A stretch of 63,049 bases of DNA, counting the filler, from Albugo candida (Eukaryota), in the NCBI GenBank assembly GCA_040437565.1. It is 2 parts of 2 records of this genome, joined end to end, with 100 filler letters (N's around TTAATTAATTAA, not from the genome) between each part and the next. Parts side by side here need not be neighbours in the genome. Positions count along the whole stretch, not along the records: positions 1 to 31,894 come from JBDOQK010000098.1; 1 more part is not named here. One strand, given 5' to 3'. Shown piece after piece: positions 1-12,497 of this stretch. The notes below the pieces were generated by a model. It made no database searches and was not told the origin of the DNA. It was given only the letters and a program-made list of their open reading frames with translations. Numbering within the stretch: the stretch's first letter is position 1; each line of letters opens with the position of its first letter. The translations under genes were made by a program, and so were the position numbers.

Positions 1-402
1 GAGTATGCAGTTTGCTACTACATGCTTTCAGGCATAGCATCAGAACTTCAAATCAAAGGATTCGTGGATTTGACTGTGACTCGTATATCCTACAAATCGA
101 CCGACGTCTCGGACATTTCTTACCAGAAAAGCCATTTCTGACGTTGGCATCCAAACTTCTTAGTTCAGTACGTGAAGTGCTTCCCTCTGTAAGCCAACAC
201 TGTCGATGAAAGAAAACTATAACATCCACACCATTCCAGAACTGACATAGCCTTTCCTTACTACATAAATATAACTAATCCCGCCTCGTATTGTAAGGTA
301 GGAAATTGATCAACGTTGCAACAGATTTTACAAAATGTACCTACTCTATTACGTTTTTCTTCAAATGAAATGTTTATTACCTCATGCATTCTAGGCCTGC
401 AC

Positions 403-1490
403 TACCGAACTTAGTTCTGTACCCAAGAACAATTCCAGAAGTGACATAGACTTTCTTTTCTGCATCAATGTCACTAATCTCACGTCGTATTGTAAGGTAT
501 GAAAGTGGTAAACGTTGTAGCCATTTTATTTTTCATTTCGTTTAATCCGTGGATTCTATTGCCCGTGCTCAAAGGTACGCAGCATACCTTCGTTGTCTTT
601 TATAACCATAATGCCAATTCTTATATGTTTTAGAGACTTGGTACTGATCCAATCAGCAAGAATAACACGATGTAGAAAAAGACCCCTGCAAAAGATTCTG
701 GCTCCATCTTTGACGGAATTCTCAACCCATAAAGATCAAGTATTTTGCAAAAACTAAAAAGGCAAAATGTGAGCAACACTCAAGCAATTCTCTCTACTCA
801 AGGGCAGATTATTTCAGAAGACATCATTTGCTTGTGTCGTCTCTCATCCATTCTTTCTTTGTTGCATTTCTTATTGTATCATGTCCCTTCGCCTATNNNN
901 NNNNNNNNNNNNNNNNNNNNNNNNNNNNNNNNNNNNNNNNNNNNNNNNNNNNNNNNNNNNNNNNNNNNNNNNNNNNNNNNNNNNNNNNNNNNNNNNTACC
1001 GAACTTAGTTCTGTACCCAAGAACAATTCCAGAAGTGACATAGACTTTCTTTTCTGCATCAATGTCACTAATCTCACGTCGTATTGTAAGGTATGAAAGT
1101 GGTAAACGTTGTAGCCATTTTATTTTTCATTTCGTTTAATCCGTGGATTCTATTGCCCGTGCTCAAAGGTACGCAGCATACCTTCGTTGTCTTTTATAAC
1201 CATAATGCCAATTCTTATATGTTTTAGAGACTTGGTACTGATCCAATCAGCAAGAATAACACGATGTAGAAAAAGACCCCTGCAAAAGATTCTGGCTCCA
1301 TCTTTGACGGAATTCTCAACCCATAAAGATCAAGTATTTTGCAAAAACTAAAAAGGCAAAATGTGAGCAACACTCAAGCAATTCTCTCTACTCAAGGGCA
1401 GATTATTTCAGAAGACATCATTTGCTTGTGTCGTCTCTCATCCATTCTTTCTTTGTTGCATTTCTTATTGTATCATGTCCCTTCGCCTAT
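403..1490. repeat. Direct duplication (403-896 = 997-1490) flanking a 100-N gap; probable contig-overlap artefact
   Basis: A 494-bp block ends at the gap and restarts right after it (offset 594; ORFs at 745 and 1339 translate identically). Confidence 0.85.
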
Positions 1491-2014
1491 CTGTCCAGAC
1501 ATAGCTTTTCCACGATCTGCTAAGATGGCCGTATTCAATCCATAGCGGGATACAAACTGTTACACATGAGCTACCTCATCTTATTTAATACACACAGTAT
1601 TACATGAATGCCACCTACAATGTTCTGGATCATTCTAGACTATTTGTTTATCAAGGGAAGAATTCGAGAAAAAATGTAGATCTTTCTACATAACTGTCGG
1701 GAGAATTTCTAAAAAAAAGACTTAGATTAGCGAGTAGAGAACTAACTATCATTTCAATTTACTTTTCAATTCATCACCACATCTTCATATCACAAACATT
1801 CATTGGTTCGTCTAAAGTGCGCAGAACCACTAAGTAGAATAAGAAGTAAAACATCCGCTTTGCTACAGTGCGGGACACCTATAGCCATCAAGTCCTGATT
1901 TTTGCGGCCAAAGTCAGAATTTTCAATTTTATGCAGCCTATACTTCTACCGGGACAATAACCCTGTTTGTCATCCAATCAGGATCAGTGTAGCTTAATGC
2001 CAAAATAAATTATA

Positions 2015-3339
2015 GGGAATCGTTATCCAGCACTCAGCCTCCATAATTTAATGGCAATTGTGGCCTCTGGTTGTTTTAAGCAAATATAAGAGAAAAATTA
2101 AGGATAAATCACGGGAATCGTTAATCAGTCCCCACCCTTCATAATTTAATGAAATTCGTGGCATCTATTTGGTCTGAATGATTGCAACGAGATAAAAACA
2201 CTAAATAACGCTTTCACCACCTCTTGAAATCATAATGAACAGCTTTACATCACCATCCCAGCTAGCCTACGCTACTATAGAACAGGCGAGGGCAGCAATT
2301 GATGATCATGCATTACAACAAGGCTATGCTGTTCTTATCAAACACAAAAAGATAGGCAATACGGCAGATGGAGAAGTGGAACTTCAATTCTTGCGTGCTC
2401 GCAATTACCCCCCCCCCCAGTGATGGGTGTAGCTACTCGCCAACGTGTTTCTTCTAGCTGCAGTACTGGGTGTTTGTTCAAGGCCAGCATAAGGAAACAA
2501 GAGTCTGGTAAATGGAAAGTGCAAATTGACAATGGAGAAAACAATCATGCTCCTTTTTCTCACCAGTCTACGCATCCAAGAGGGCGCGTTTTAGCAGAAG
2601 AAAGCCGACAATCAGTCTTGATGCTGGGTCGTTCTGGTGTGACACCCAGCCGTGTCGTCATTTCACTGCGCCAAAACAACAATGTCATGGCCATAGCTCA
2701 ATATATCTACAACTTGCGTCGAGAAGAACGCAAAAGGATGCTGGCAGGCCGATCTTCACTGGTAGCTTTATTAGATTTTCTTACTCCCGGTGACTACTTC
2801 TCTCAGTTTGATGGTCCGCAGGGGCTAACTTATCTGCGGATCACATCATCTTCTGCAAAGACTATTCGCAACAAGTACAGTGCTGGTCGTGTCTGGCTTA
2901 TTGATGCTACCTACAAAACCAACACATATGGACTCCCTCGCATCCATATTATTGGTATCACAGCAATAAACAGCACCTTCACATTCGCATACTGCTTTAT
3001 GAAGAAAGAGACTTCGGCAGAGTACTTATGGGCAATGTGTCATGTTAGAGAAATTTTCCAAGGATATGGCCTACAGCATGCAGCACTCACCTTTGTCACA
3101 GATAGGGAGCTTGCGCTGATGAGCGCGCTTTCGGAGACGTTTCCTAATGCATCTTTCTTGGTTTGCCGCTGGCATACCAGCAAGAACATTCTTGCCAAGC
3201 AAAAGACAGCACCTCAAACCTCAAAAGCCTCGCAAGAATCCAATTAAGCCTGGCCAACTTGTCGCCACCACAGCCATTGCCATTTTCAAACCCAACTTTC
3301 AGTGATGCATACCACCTTCCCTGCAGCTTCAATGAGATA
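2015..3339 (+). mobile_element. Mutator-like (MULE) DNA transposon, left part, interrupted at 3339; short continuation at 11221-11261
   Basis: Terminus GGGAATCGTTATCCAGCACTCAGCC at 2015 with an internal repeat at ~2112. The same TIR family occurs at 14058/16266, and a transposase follows. Confidence 0.85.
2235..3339 (+). pseudogene. MULE/FAR1-type transposase, frameshifted and truncated
   Basis: FAR1-like N-terminus (QQGYAV...TGCLF...WKVQIDNGENNH). MULE core motifs WLIDATYKTN, FVTDRELAL, CRWH. Frameshift at the poly-C run ~2408-2418. Confidence 0.9.
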
Positions 3340-3689
3340 CGGTGCAAGACACTACTAATCAGACCAAAAATTGCATGGGCAACAACTCCTACTAAGACAA
3401 TAAAAATTCATATGCAGCAAAACCGTCTCTATATACTGAATGCACACTGACTTGGCTTTCTCACAATGAAGGCCGATGTTTTGTACCTTTTTTGGACGAA
3501 GCACTAGAAGGTTGAAGCTTGGCGAATTTTCGTGATTTTGTATGGAGAGATGGAAATTTGGCCGCATTTATTTATATCCTGTTAATAAATATATATACTG
3601 TAGCCAATGAGAGAGCATCAGTTTGTAAATATTAGCCAATGCGGGAGCGCAATATTTCGGGTCTGTAGTACATATCCAATATGATGCTG

Positions 3690-6549
3690 TAAAGCAGTTT
3701 ATGTCCATCAGGATGGAATTCGGCACACGTCGGTGCGAACGGTATTTCTTGATCGCTTATTCCGCGGCTTTACCTTTTAATCCTTTGCGATAAACGTCGC
3801 TGTATCGTTGTTCCTTTCCTCAGTGGTAGTGTACCTCATCCAGAGTTAACGATTGCAATGCCTTTGGGAACATCACTTCCAATCCAACCCAGGAATAATT
3901 GTAATTTTGCGAGCTTATCGTTTGGCAGCACCCCAAAGTTTCCAATGAAATCAAGCTCGCAATTAAACTTTGTGTAAAATATAAGGGATTATAAAAAATA
4001 TATACNNNNNNNNNNNNNNNNNNNNNNNNNNNNNNNNNNNNNNNNNNNNNNNNNNNNNNNNNNNNNNNNNNNNNNNNNNNNNNNNNNNNNNNNNNNNNNN
4101 NNNNNCCCCCCCCCGCCTCTCCTCGCATAAACACCCCACCCCCTTAATCAAATACGAGTCAATACCTTGTGATGTTTTGGTTTGTTTATGTGCTGAGTTC
4201 GGCGTTTAGTTTTTAGTAAAGGGAGATGCGTTGACAAGAATTCCGATCGACGTATAATTTAAATAATAAAATGCTATGACTGCTGAATCTATTGTTGATT
4301 TACTGATTGTTTGAAAGATTGTGTAACAAATGGAAAAGTTTATCATAAAAATGAGAGCAACGGATAATATTCTGCATAGCCAACACTCCGAATTCCCACC
4401 TGCTCATACCTATCTACTCAATTCCATTTTAAGACTCCCAGCTGGACCAACATTTCCGCGCGGAATTCTTGGACATTCGGGACATCGTAGGCGGAATCGC
4501 TATCAATAGCCTGAAAAAAAACCGGTAAGAAGAAATCATACATGAATCAGTGTGGTTTACCTCAACGCCGTTTTCTTGCACTTTTGCGACCACATTCCAA
4601 CATGAAGACGTAAAGGTGGAGAAGAGGCAGTGGTCATGTAGAACATATGTGCTGTGTAGGGTAAGGGGTGTCCCGTTCAGGCTGTGCCCAAAATAGTACA
4701 TAACCTATTTATTCACCTAAATAAGGGGGAGGGGTTATTTTCAAAATATATACAACATATGATAGAAGAACGGGTATCCGGTTAGCAGCTCCCTTTTTTT
4801 ACAATCAAAGAATATAATCATGTGGTCAGAACTCACAATCAGTTCCTTCAACATGCACTTCTGTTGCAGGAAATCGGGCTGGTTTGCGATGGCACTTTCC
4901 ACGGCAGTCAAGTGTTAGTCCTGCACGCCAAAGACCGCGTTCTTCAAGAATAATTTGATGTCCTTTGGTTTTCCACAAAGGTTTTCGTCTGCATAATTCT
5001 CTGGGAAAGTCATCTCCTGATGAACTCCATCGCCCCAGATTGTCGACCGCATTTTTCATCTGGACTAAGGTTCATTCGATGTGCACGGAGAGCGTTGTCG
5101 GAAAAGAAAGCATGGCTTGTGGCGTTATCAAAGAGAACTAGTGCTTGCATGCTCTAAAATTGAGCCTCAAATATAGGTATGGCTCGATCGCGAACTTGAT
5201 TATAATGGTTCTTTGATTCTCATCATCCATCGTGCTGAACACCACGGTGAATAATAACGCATGCTTCTTCTGGTAGTGCAGAATACCGCGCTCGTTTTTC
5301 TTTATCCAATGCCAGACATCCTGAATTTGGTCACAAGATTTTCTCACATGAATACATGGCTGCTCACCGTCCGTATGCCAAAGGCGTTTCAAATATCATT
5401 TGGCGGAGAACATGCTCTCGTCACGGGCAAAAAAAGTAGTGATCGAACGTTGGCTAAATGGCCAAATCATTTTGCCTTCGCGATATTCCCCTTTCGGTGG
5501 GATAGGTATCCGAGGGGCTAGCTCCATTTTTTCGAGAAATTAATGGCTGTATCTAAGGACGTCTTCCCTTTTAATCATCAACATAGATGCCCTTTTGAAC
5601 CTCACGATACTTGATATTCAAGGCATTCAGCCAGCGCATCATTGCTCTCTCAGATATTGTTGACAAAGGATCACAGCCCAATCCCACAAGAATCTTAGTA
5701 TTCGTATGCTCATATAAAGTAGCGAGTTCCGCCTTGAATTTGTTTCACGAAGGTACTGTTGCAAAGGCAGAATACAATCTTCATCATGAAGGAAACGTTT
5801 TCGTTTGGCATGCTTTTCTTGCCTCAATTCAGTAAGAGAACCATTCTTCAGGGAGGTGAAGTCCCAAGTACGAATTAATTTTGCGTAATATACCCTCTTT
5901 CCAGCTACATCTGCGATAAGGGAGCTAGCGGCCAACCTTTTCCTTCCGCATTTTATCAATCGAAAGTATGCAAGTATTGCAGGGGCACGCGCACGCGCCG
6001 CATAGTTTTCCATTTTTCCCTTCTGCTGTGTCAGCTCGCGGAGCTTCTGAATTACCATGCTGAGATCCAAGTCTGACCACAAACGCTATGTACATCGCCA
6101 TTTTCATCGCTGTGAGCTTCAACATCCGCTTTGCTTTCCGCATCAATCTCATCCTCTGCAGCAACTTCCACAACCGTTGCCTTGGGCTGCAAGTACGATG
6201 TCAATGGTTTTGAGCCTAGTGCAGCCTTCTTCAGCATCGCGTTCTTGGTTCTGCGTGTATGCAACGAGTTCCCAACATAGCGCATGGGTCGATTTTTGTT
6301 GGCCAGAACTAGAATAACAGCTCTTTTTATGTTGCTAATGACTATTTCAGTATCTTCGACGCCATTTTCTATTTCGTTTTCACTGTCAAATTCACTGGCT
6401 GTATGAAAAGAATCATTGCTGTTTAGGCAAATCGTTTCACCATTTTGTCCATGAACATCCTCGTCTGCTCCATGTTTTTCACTCTTTTTATTTCGTAGCT
6501 GCCTTTGACGCTACACGTAAGTGCTTCCTTTGCTTTGAAGACGTCGCAT
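3690..6549 (-). pseudogene. Decayed ITm DDE transposase (copy A)
   Basis: Minus-strand fragments ILEERGLW..LTLDCRGKC, LIFYTKFNCELDFI, KKYRSHRRVP and an N-terminal HTH-like region. Homologous to copies B and C, with many stops and an unidentified ~4000-4755 insertion/gap. Confidence 0.8.
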
Positions 6550-6739
6550 GGTTGATTTAGAATGTCGGACTTTAAAAGTTATTTTATCGATGATAATCTC
6601 AAAATTCACCACTAATGTCTGTTATGGTTATATTCGTGAGTTTTTGGTCTCAATCAGAAGTCTTCAAAAAAAATCTATAAATAGATATAATGGATTTTAC
6701 CAAATAGGAGAAGGTTTACTATTCCGATAAAAGTCCCTC

Positions 6740-8340
6740 CGCCAAGAAAAGATTTTATACTCAGAACGGTTTTTTTATTCCGCATCATCATCGACGACAA
6801 GCTATCAAAGTCATCAACAAGTACATAAGGAAGTACATCAATCGACTCGATGTCCTGACCACGGTCAAGCCATTGCTCACGAAAAAGCGTTCCATAGACA
6901 TCATGGCGACAAATGTGCCAATCTTCGTAGTTGTCAGCAAACCCTGCACTGAGAATAGATTTTTGGATCAAAGAGTCTGGCACAGCTTTCCACGCGTCTT
7001 CAAACCAGCGCGCAACTACCTTGATGGCTGGTGGCTTCGGGTTTCCAGCTCTCGTTTACTCAACTTGGTCGGACGCTTTCCAAGCATCGATAACAGGAGA
7101 TATATGATTCTTAAATGATTTTTATATGCCATTACTGCCAGCCTGGAGGTAGGGTGTCAGTCCACCGGGAAATAGTACCCGTAGGATATACTTTTCGGCG
7201 AGCCTACCCTTCACAATCTTTGCGATATGCGCATTCATCGAGTCCGATACGAGGACCTTTTGACCTGGGCTGGCGTCGCATACGGTGAGGAAGGCAAAGT
7301 ACAGCCACCTGAGCAAAAGAGCACTATTCACCACGCCTTCTCTTGCAACGCCACGTGCACGTTGCCTTCGCGCTCCAAGTTACCACCGCCCTCGCCCTTC
7401 CAAATGAACACCGGAAAGAGTTTCCTACCGGATGCTATGACAGCGAGAATTACAGTGACCCGCATTTGAGCAAACCCTGTTGACTGGAGCCCGACATGTC
7501 TGGCTCCAGTAACGTCGACATTTTCAAACGGGGATCCTCGAAGAACACAGCAGTGTCGTCCATAAAAATTGTACGCGATGGATGTAACGTTGGGCGATGC
7601 GTGAAGAGGTAGAAATTGTAGTTGATTGCGCGCAAGACCAGTTCATTGTCCGACAGTGTCGTCATATTCGTCATTCGCCTCAGCATAATTTCAAAGCGGC
7701 CCATAAAGAAGCTGAGACATTTGTCCGAGGCAACAAACGTCTCGTGTGCCTCTGCATGGGTGAGGTGGCGAGCAGTCACATGAATCCACTCGCGGTAGAC
7801 CTTTAGCTTGAGTGAACGTATCTGCANNNNNNNNNNNNNNNNNNNNNNNNNNNNNNNNNNNNNNNNNNNNNNNNNNNNNNNNNNNNNNNNNNNNNNNNNN
7901 NNNNNNNNNNNNNNNNNNNNNNNNNNAATTTCAAAGCGGCCCATAAAGAAGCTGAGACATTTGTCCGAGGCAACAAACGTCTCGTGTGCCTCTGCATGGG
8001 TGAGGTGGCGAGCAGTCACATGAATCCACTCGCGGTAGACCTTTAGCTTGAGTGAACGTATCTGCAAGATGAGGTAGACTAAGACGTGATCGCTTGCGTC
8101 CATTTGAGGCTTAGCACCACCACCCTTGAGTCGCAACTGGTTGGTCGAAACGGCTAGAATGTCGTCACGCTTCTTCCACCAGTATAGCACCTGAGAAGGC
8201 GAGACGATCCAGATAGATTTCTCTAAAAGTATGTGGCGGCACTGGTAGGCGCATTTGGGTAGGTTTTCTCGATCCAATCAATGACTTCGCGCCTTTTAGC
8301 CATAGACTTGGCCAGACGGCGAGATGGCATAGGTAGTATG
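6740..8340 (-). pseudogene. pogo-family transposase (CENP-B HTH + DDE_1), decayed
   Basis: RLKGGGAKP, FVASDKCLSFFMGRF (CENP-B HTH), IFMDDTAVF, VLVSDSMNAH, FPGGLTPYLQ. Confidence 0.85.
7687..8066. repeat. 140-bp duplication flanking N gap (7687-7826 = 7927-8066)
   Basis: Identical blocks either side of the 100-N gap. Confidence 0.85.
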
Positions 8341-8693
8341 GGCTCGTATGGCCTATCTTGCTTCGGATTTACGCCGTAGTTGGTTGATTTGAGAATGACT
8401 CGGGTATTTCTGACTGCACTACTGCCATGGTATTCCAATTACAGTGCACACCACCTATAACCTGTAACTTTTTAGGCCTTAGTAAATTCACTACTCCTCA
8501 CGCATAAATCATCGCATAACAAAACCAAACATCTTATATGATAGATACAGTCTAGCGCTTCAAAACCAAAGGCATGAATTTTAAATTGGACGCTTTTTGA
8601 TAATTTATAAGCCTCTAAAAGTGGCATTGTTTCTCTAGATTTAACTAGTATTTCCGATCAAAGCGTAAACTTTGGCCGCCATCAGTGGGCAAA

Positions 8694-8723
8694 TTAGGGC
8701 TTAGGGTTTAGGGTTTAGGGTTT
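8694..8723 (+). repeat. Interstitial telomere-like repeat (TTTAGGG)
   Basis: TTAGGG-C-TTAGGG-TTTAGGG-TTTAGGG-TTT. Confidence 0.7.
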
Positions 8724-8766
8724 GAGTACAAGTGTAATATATTATCTTTATGTTATACTTACAGCT

Positions 8767-10839
8767 TCATACAGTAGCTACTAAAGCATTGCTGTCTGTG
8801 TGAATTGAGTCTGGAACTCTTCCATGTGATCGGTACTTTTTCATAGCATATTCCGTGGCTTTTCCGGTTAGATCTTTCTGATACGCATCCATATAAAGGA
8901 AGCACATTCTAGCATGGAGACGGATTGTTGCGAGCGAAACTGAGGCAAGTGCTTTCGGAACTGTCGCGACCTATCTTTTCCATGTGTAATCGCAATTTTT
9001 CCTTGCGTATCATTTTGCTTCCTCCCAAACGTTTTCTATAAAATTTAATTCGCAATGAAATTTGGGGTATAATATGACGAGATGGCCCGCCACGGTGATT
9101 GCCTCTTCCAGCAAGCCTTTTTGAACTTTAAAGTCTGTCTGGTTCTGAATAACACTGCGGCCGCAGCAGCTACCTGTCACCACATTCACCCCTGCCATCC
9201 AGGCGAAGGTTTGTCGTCCAGAGGACACGTTCCTGCAGGACGATCTTTATGTCTTTTGGTTTTCCGGCCACAGGATGATCTTCGAGGAATACCATGTATT
9301 GCGGTGTCTCATCTCCAAATATTCCATTCCTCATCACAGGTTGCTTTCCTCCCCGTCCAAGATTCATACGTTGAGATACGATAGCATCTTCAGCAAATGC
9401 TGCGTGGCTAGTCGCATTGTCGAAAGCGAAGAGAGATTTTTCATTGGGAAACTGCGCATTGAAAATGGGAATTGCAGCATTCCGGACTTGCTTATGAATG
9501 TCTTCCGCATTCCACCAACCATCATAGTTTTTGCCGGGATCTGTGATTATGCAGACCTCTTCTGGAAGATTGCTGTGTTGAAGCTTCTTTTCTTTGCTCA
9601 AATATNNNNNNNNNNNNNNNNNNNNNNNNNNNNNNNNNNNNNNNNNNNNNNNNNNNNNNNNNNNNNNNNNNNNNNNNNNNNNNNNNNNNNNNNNNNNNNN
9701 NNNNNGGCTGTTCCATCAGGAAGCCATAGCTTCTTCTGGCCATCATGGGCGGCAAATGTGCTTTCATCATGCTTCACTAGAATGTTGGCGTCTCTGGCAG
9801 GCCAAATCTCCGATTTTATTTCCGGCCCAACAAATTCCGGCAGAAATTGCTCATAGATTCTCATTCGTTTCAAAAACTGAGTACGATATGCCACGATATC
9901 TGCTCGTTCATGGCTATCAACGTACATGGCTTTCTTCACCTCTGAATAGCGTAGGCCAAGTAACTTCATCCAGCGGGTCACAGTGCTGAGGTGGATAGAT
10001 GTGGTGGGATCAATTTTTGGGATTATTTTCTCGTTGACATGCTTGGTGAAATCCATTTTTTTAACGTGCTTTCCGTGCTTGCTCTCGAGAATAAAACCAG
10101 TTTCAAGATATAAACGTCCCCAGCCACGAACCATCTCGGCAAACCAACGCCTTTTTCCATTCGCCGCTGCTATTATTTGCGAGACAGCAACTCTCTAGTT
10201 TGCAATCACGATAGACCGTTAATAAACAAAGAAAAATTGCGCTAGAGAATGGGCAAATGAATTAACTATACCTCACTGCCGCAGAGTATAAGCCTGAAGT
10301 ATCCTGCAACACAAGCAAAACGCAGCCGCCGCGGAAGACGATTTTAGCACCATTCAGGCCACTCTATTGCGCCAGTTTTGGAGCTCCCACAGAATGAGAC
10401 GCATTATTTCCTCCTGTGATTCATTTTGTTTTCCCATTTTCACAAGCGCTCTTTGAAGATACTTGTGAGAATAAAGAGGTCTTCCATCTATCGAGTCCTC
10501 GCTTTCAAAGTCTACAGTCTGACGCTACGTGGCTTTCACCTTAAAGTATGTCTCTAGCTTATCTGAACCAATAGCTGCTTTTTCTGCGCTGCTCTTTTGC
10601 GCCGCTTCGTTCTGTCGGAATATCCAAGGTACAGAGAAGGCCGTTTACAAGCATACTCAATACTCACAATAATGTTGTCCGTTTGCTCTTCCTCAAAATC
10701 CTCGAATTCAACTGGTAAATCCGCCTTTATATCGCTCCTATTTTCGATAATTGAACTTAATATAATTCCAGCTTTTTTTCGTCTCATAAGCAGCCCGCAT
10801 AGCTTTCATGTGACGTTGCTGTTTTGATGTTCGAGGCAT
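8767..10839 (-). pseudogene. ITm transposase with long second-D-to-E spacer (~DD127E)
   Basis: Start MPRTSKQQRH; motifs YVDSHERADIVAYR, HDESTF, FAFDNATSH, LYPKFHCELNFIE, KKYRSH; frameshifts. Confidence 0.9.
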
Positions 10840-11261
10840 GCTGCTTAGATCAATGGGTTGGCAGAAAAAACGGAATGTGTTTTGTTGTCAAATGAGCAGG
10901 GTGGTGGTATCAAGATTAAATGTTATTGGGGAAAAAGCTGTTGGAATGGTATTGGGGAGTTGAATTTACGCCAATTATATTCGTTGACGGTTTATGTCTG
11001 ATGATTCTTCAATTTTGGCCGCAAAAAATTATAATCTCAGGTTATAGATGACTTGCAGTATAGCACGGTTTTTTAACTGTCCCTAAATTTCGATCTATCG
11101 AGAAATCTCACTTAAATCAGTAGGGCTTTTTATCCGAATAGGGGCGTTTTAAATGGTATAATTCGTTATTATAATTTATTATATTTGGCCGCAGAAAAAA
11201 AAGGGTATGGTTTTGCACTATATCAAGAGGGTGAGTGAATACTAAAGGCTCCCTTTATTTA

Positions 11262-11582
11262 GGGAACTGTTATATCCACTTCCTTTTTTATTAAATCCAC
11301 TCCCTTTTTTATATCAGGTGGTACACATAATTATACTATGCATACTTTCTATTTATATTTAGGGAATTGTTATATTCACTCCCTTTTAAGTCACGCGGCA
11401 CACATTATTATACATATCATAAAATTGGTATATGCACTCCCTTTTCGGTCAGCTTCATTACCTTTTGAGTCACGTGACCCACATTATTGTACATTCGATA
11501 ATAATACAAAGCTACCTGCTCGAAATTTCGCAAGCGACACAATTTGCCAATCTTTTGATTTTCCACTACTACCTTATCTTTA
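11262..11582. mobile_element. One end of a GGG-terminal long-TIR non-autonomous element (same family as 14166-15066)
   Basis: GGGAACTGTTATATCCAC... with repeated TCACG(C/T)G motifs; reverse-complement similarity to ~14680-15066. Other end not found. Confidence 0.65.
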
Positions 11583-12497
11583 GGGAATTGCTATTTCCAC
11601 CTACCACGTAACTTTCTGACCAATCAAATAACGTCTTTTTTCTACCCAACTTTTTACTACTTCCACCCAGCACGTGGCTTTCTGACGAATCAGATTACGG
11701 CGGTATTTCCATACAACTGTTTCAAGATATGGCTACAGTTTCACAGTGCTGCAAGCCGATTGAAGGTATCAGAACTCATAGTTGCGCTCTTTATATGATC
11801 CCAATTCTACATCAGCCAACTTTCTCATGATTTTCGTTGTACGGTGTCGTTCGCAAACAGTAAAGTACTTATTCACGGATCGCCATCATCTGTCGTCTGA
11901 GTACTACATCTTGCGAGAAAGTCTTTGGAAGTTTAAAGTACATTCAGTCTGGTTTGAGCAATGAACTGATAAGGATAGCAATCTTTTGCCGAATTACTTA
12001 CAACACGAGAAAGAATTAAAATAACTTGTAAACACATTTGTAACTTCTTCAATCCGGTTCTCAAGTGTACAGACGTCCTGCGGTTGTAGTGTTATGGGAT
12101 GGACTTTCGTTTCTAGATGTTGTACGTAGCTGTTTTCAGTGAATCTGGAATCTTTATACCGCTATACCGTTTGTGTGCATCGCCCAATTCCGAAGTTCCC
12201 TGTGTTGCAATCGAGTGCACGTTTGCGAAACCTTTCTACCAGCGGAATTCTTTCTACTTTGAAGGGTACTCTACATTATCTCTTACGGATGCGACACGGA
12301 TGGCCGATCTTCATCACTCCTGGAGTCAGGCTGTTCATGGAAGATTATATGCATCCAGGGTGGGTCTAGCAGTCATACTTCTGAGAGAAGTGCCTGTAAC
12401 ATAATAAGGTGGGTGGAAATAGTAAGAAGTTGGGTGGAAATACTACCGTAATCTGATTGGTCAGAAAGTCATGTGGTGTGTGGAAATAGCAATACCC
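11583..12497. mobile_element. Non-autonomous TIR element with 8-bp TSD TATCTTTA
   Basis: GGGAATTGCTATTTCCAC... and ...GTGGAAATAGCAATACCC form ~90-bp imperfect TIRs. TATCTTTA lies at 11575-11582 and 12498-12505. Confidence 0.85.

Larger units (their letters stand above)
8442..11060 (-). mobile_element. ITm element copy B with both TIRs and TA TSD
   Basis: TA|CAGTGCACACCACCTATAACCTG at the left end and CAGGTTATAGATGACTTGCAGTA|TA at the right; Tc1-like CAGTG terminus. Confidence 0.85.
6710..11150 (-). mobile_element. pogo/Tigger-like element, split by ITm copy B
   Basis: Imperfect inverted pair CTATTCCGATAAAAGTCCC (~6718-6737) and GGGCTTTTTATCCGAATAG (~11123-11141) brackets a pogo transposase. 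Ends are approximate. Confidence 0.6.
3340..11220 (-). mobile_element. IS630/Tc1-mariner (ITm) element copy A, containing nested pogo and ITm copy B
   Basis: TA|CGGTGCAAGAC at 3338-3350 and TTTTGCACTA|TA at 11211-11222 resemble the TIRs of copies B and C. The MULE reading frame appears to resume across the TA. Confidence 0.7.

Noticed and set aside
403..1490. Apparent tandem gene duplication (identical ORFs at 745 and 1339)
   Set aside because: Exact duplication abutting a 100-N gap. The same pattern recurs at 7687-8066, 15454-16041 and 22612-22807, so it is most likely a scaffolding overlap.
4000..4755. Possible extra nested element inside ITm copy A
   Set aside because: Left boundary falls in an N gap, so no TIR pair or TSD could be established.
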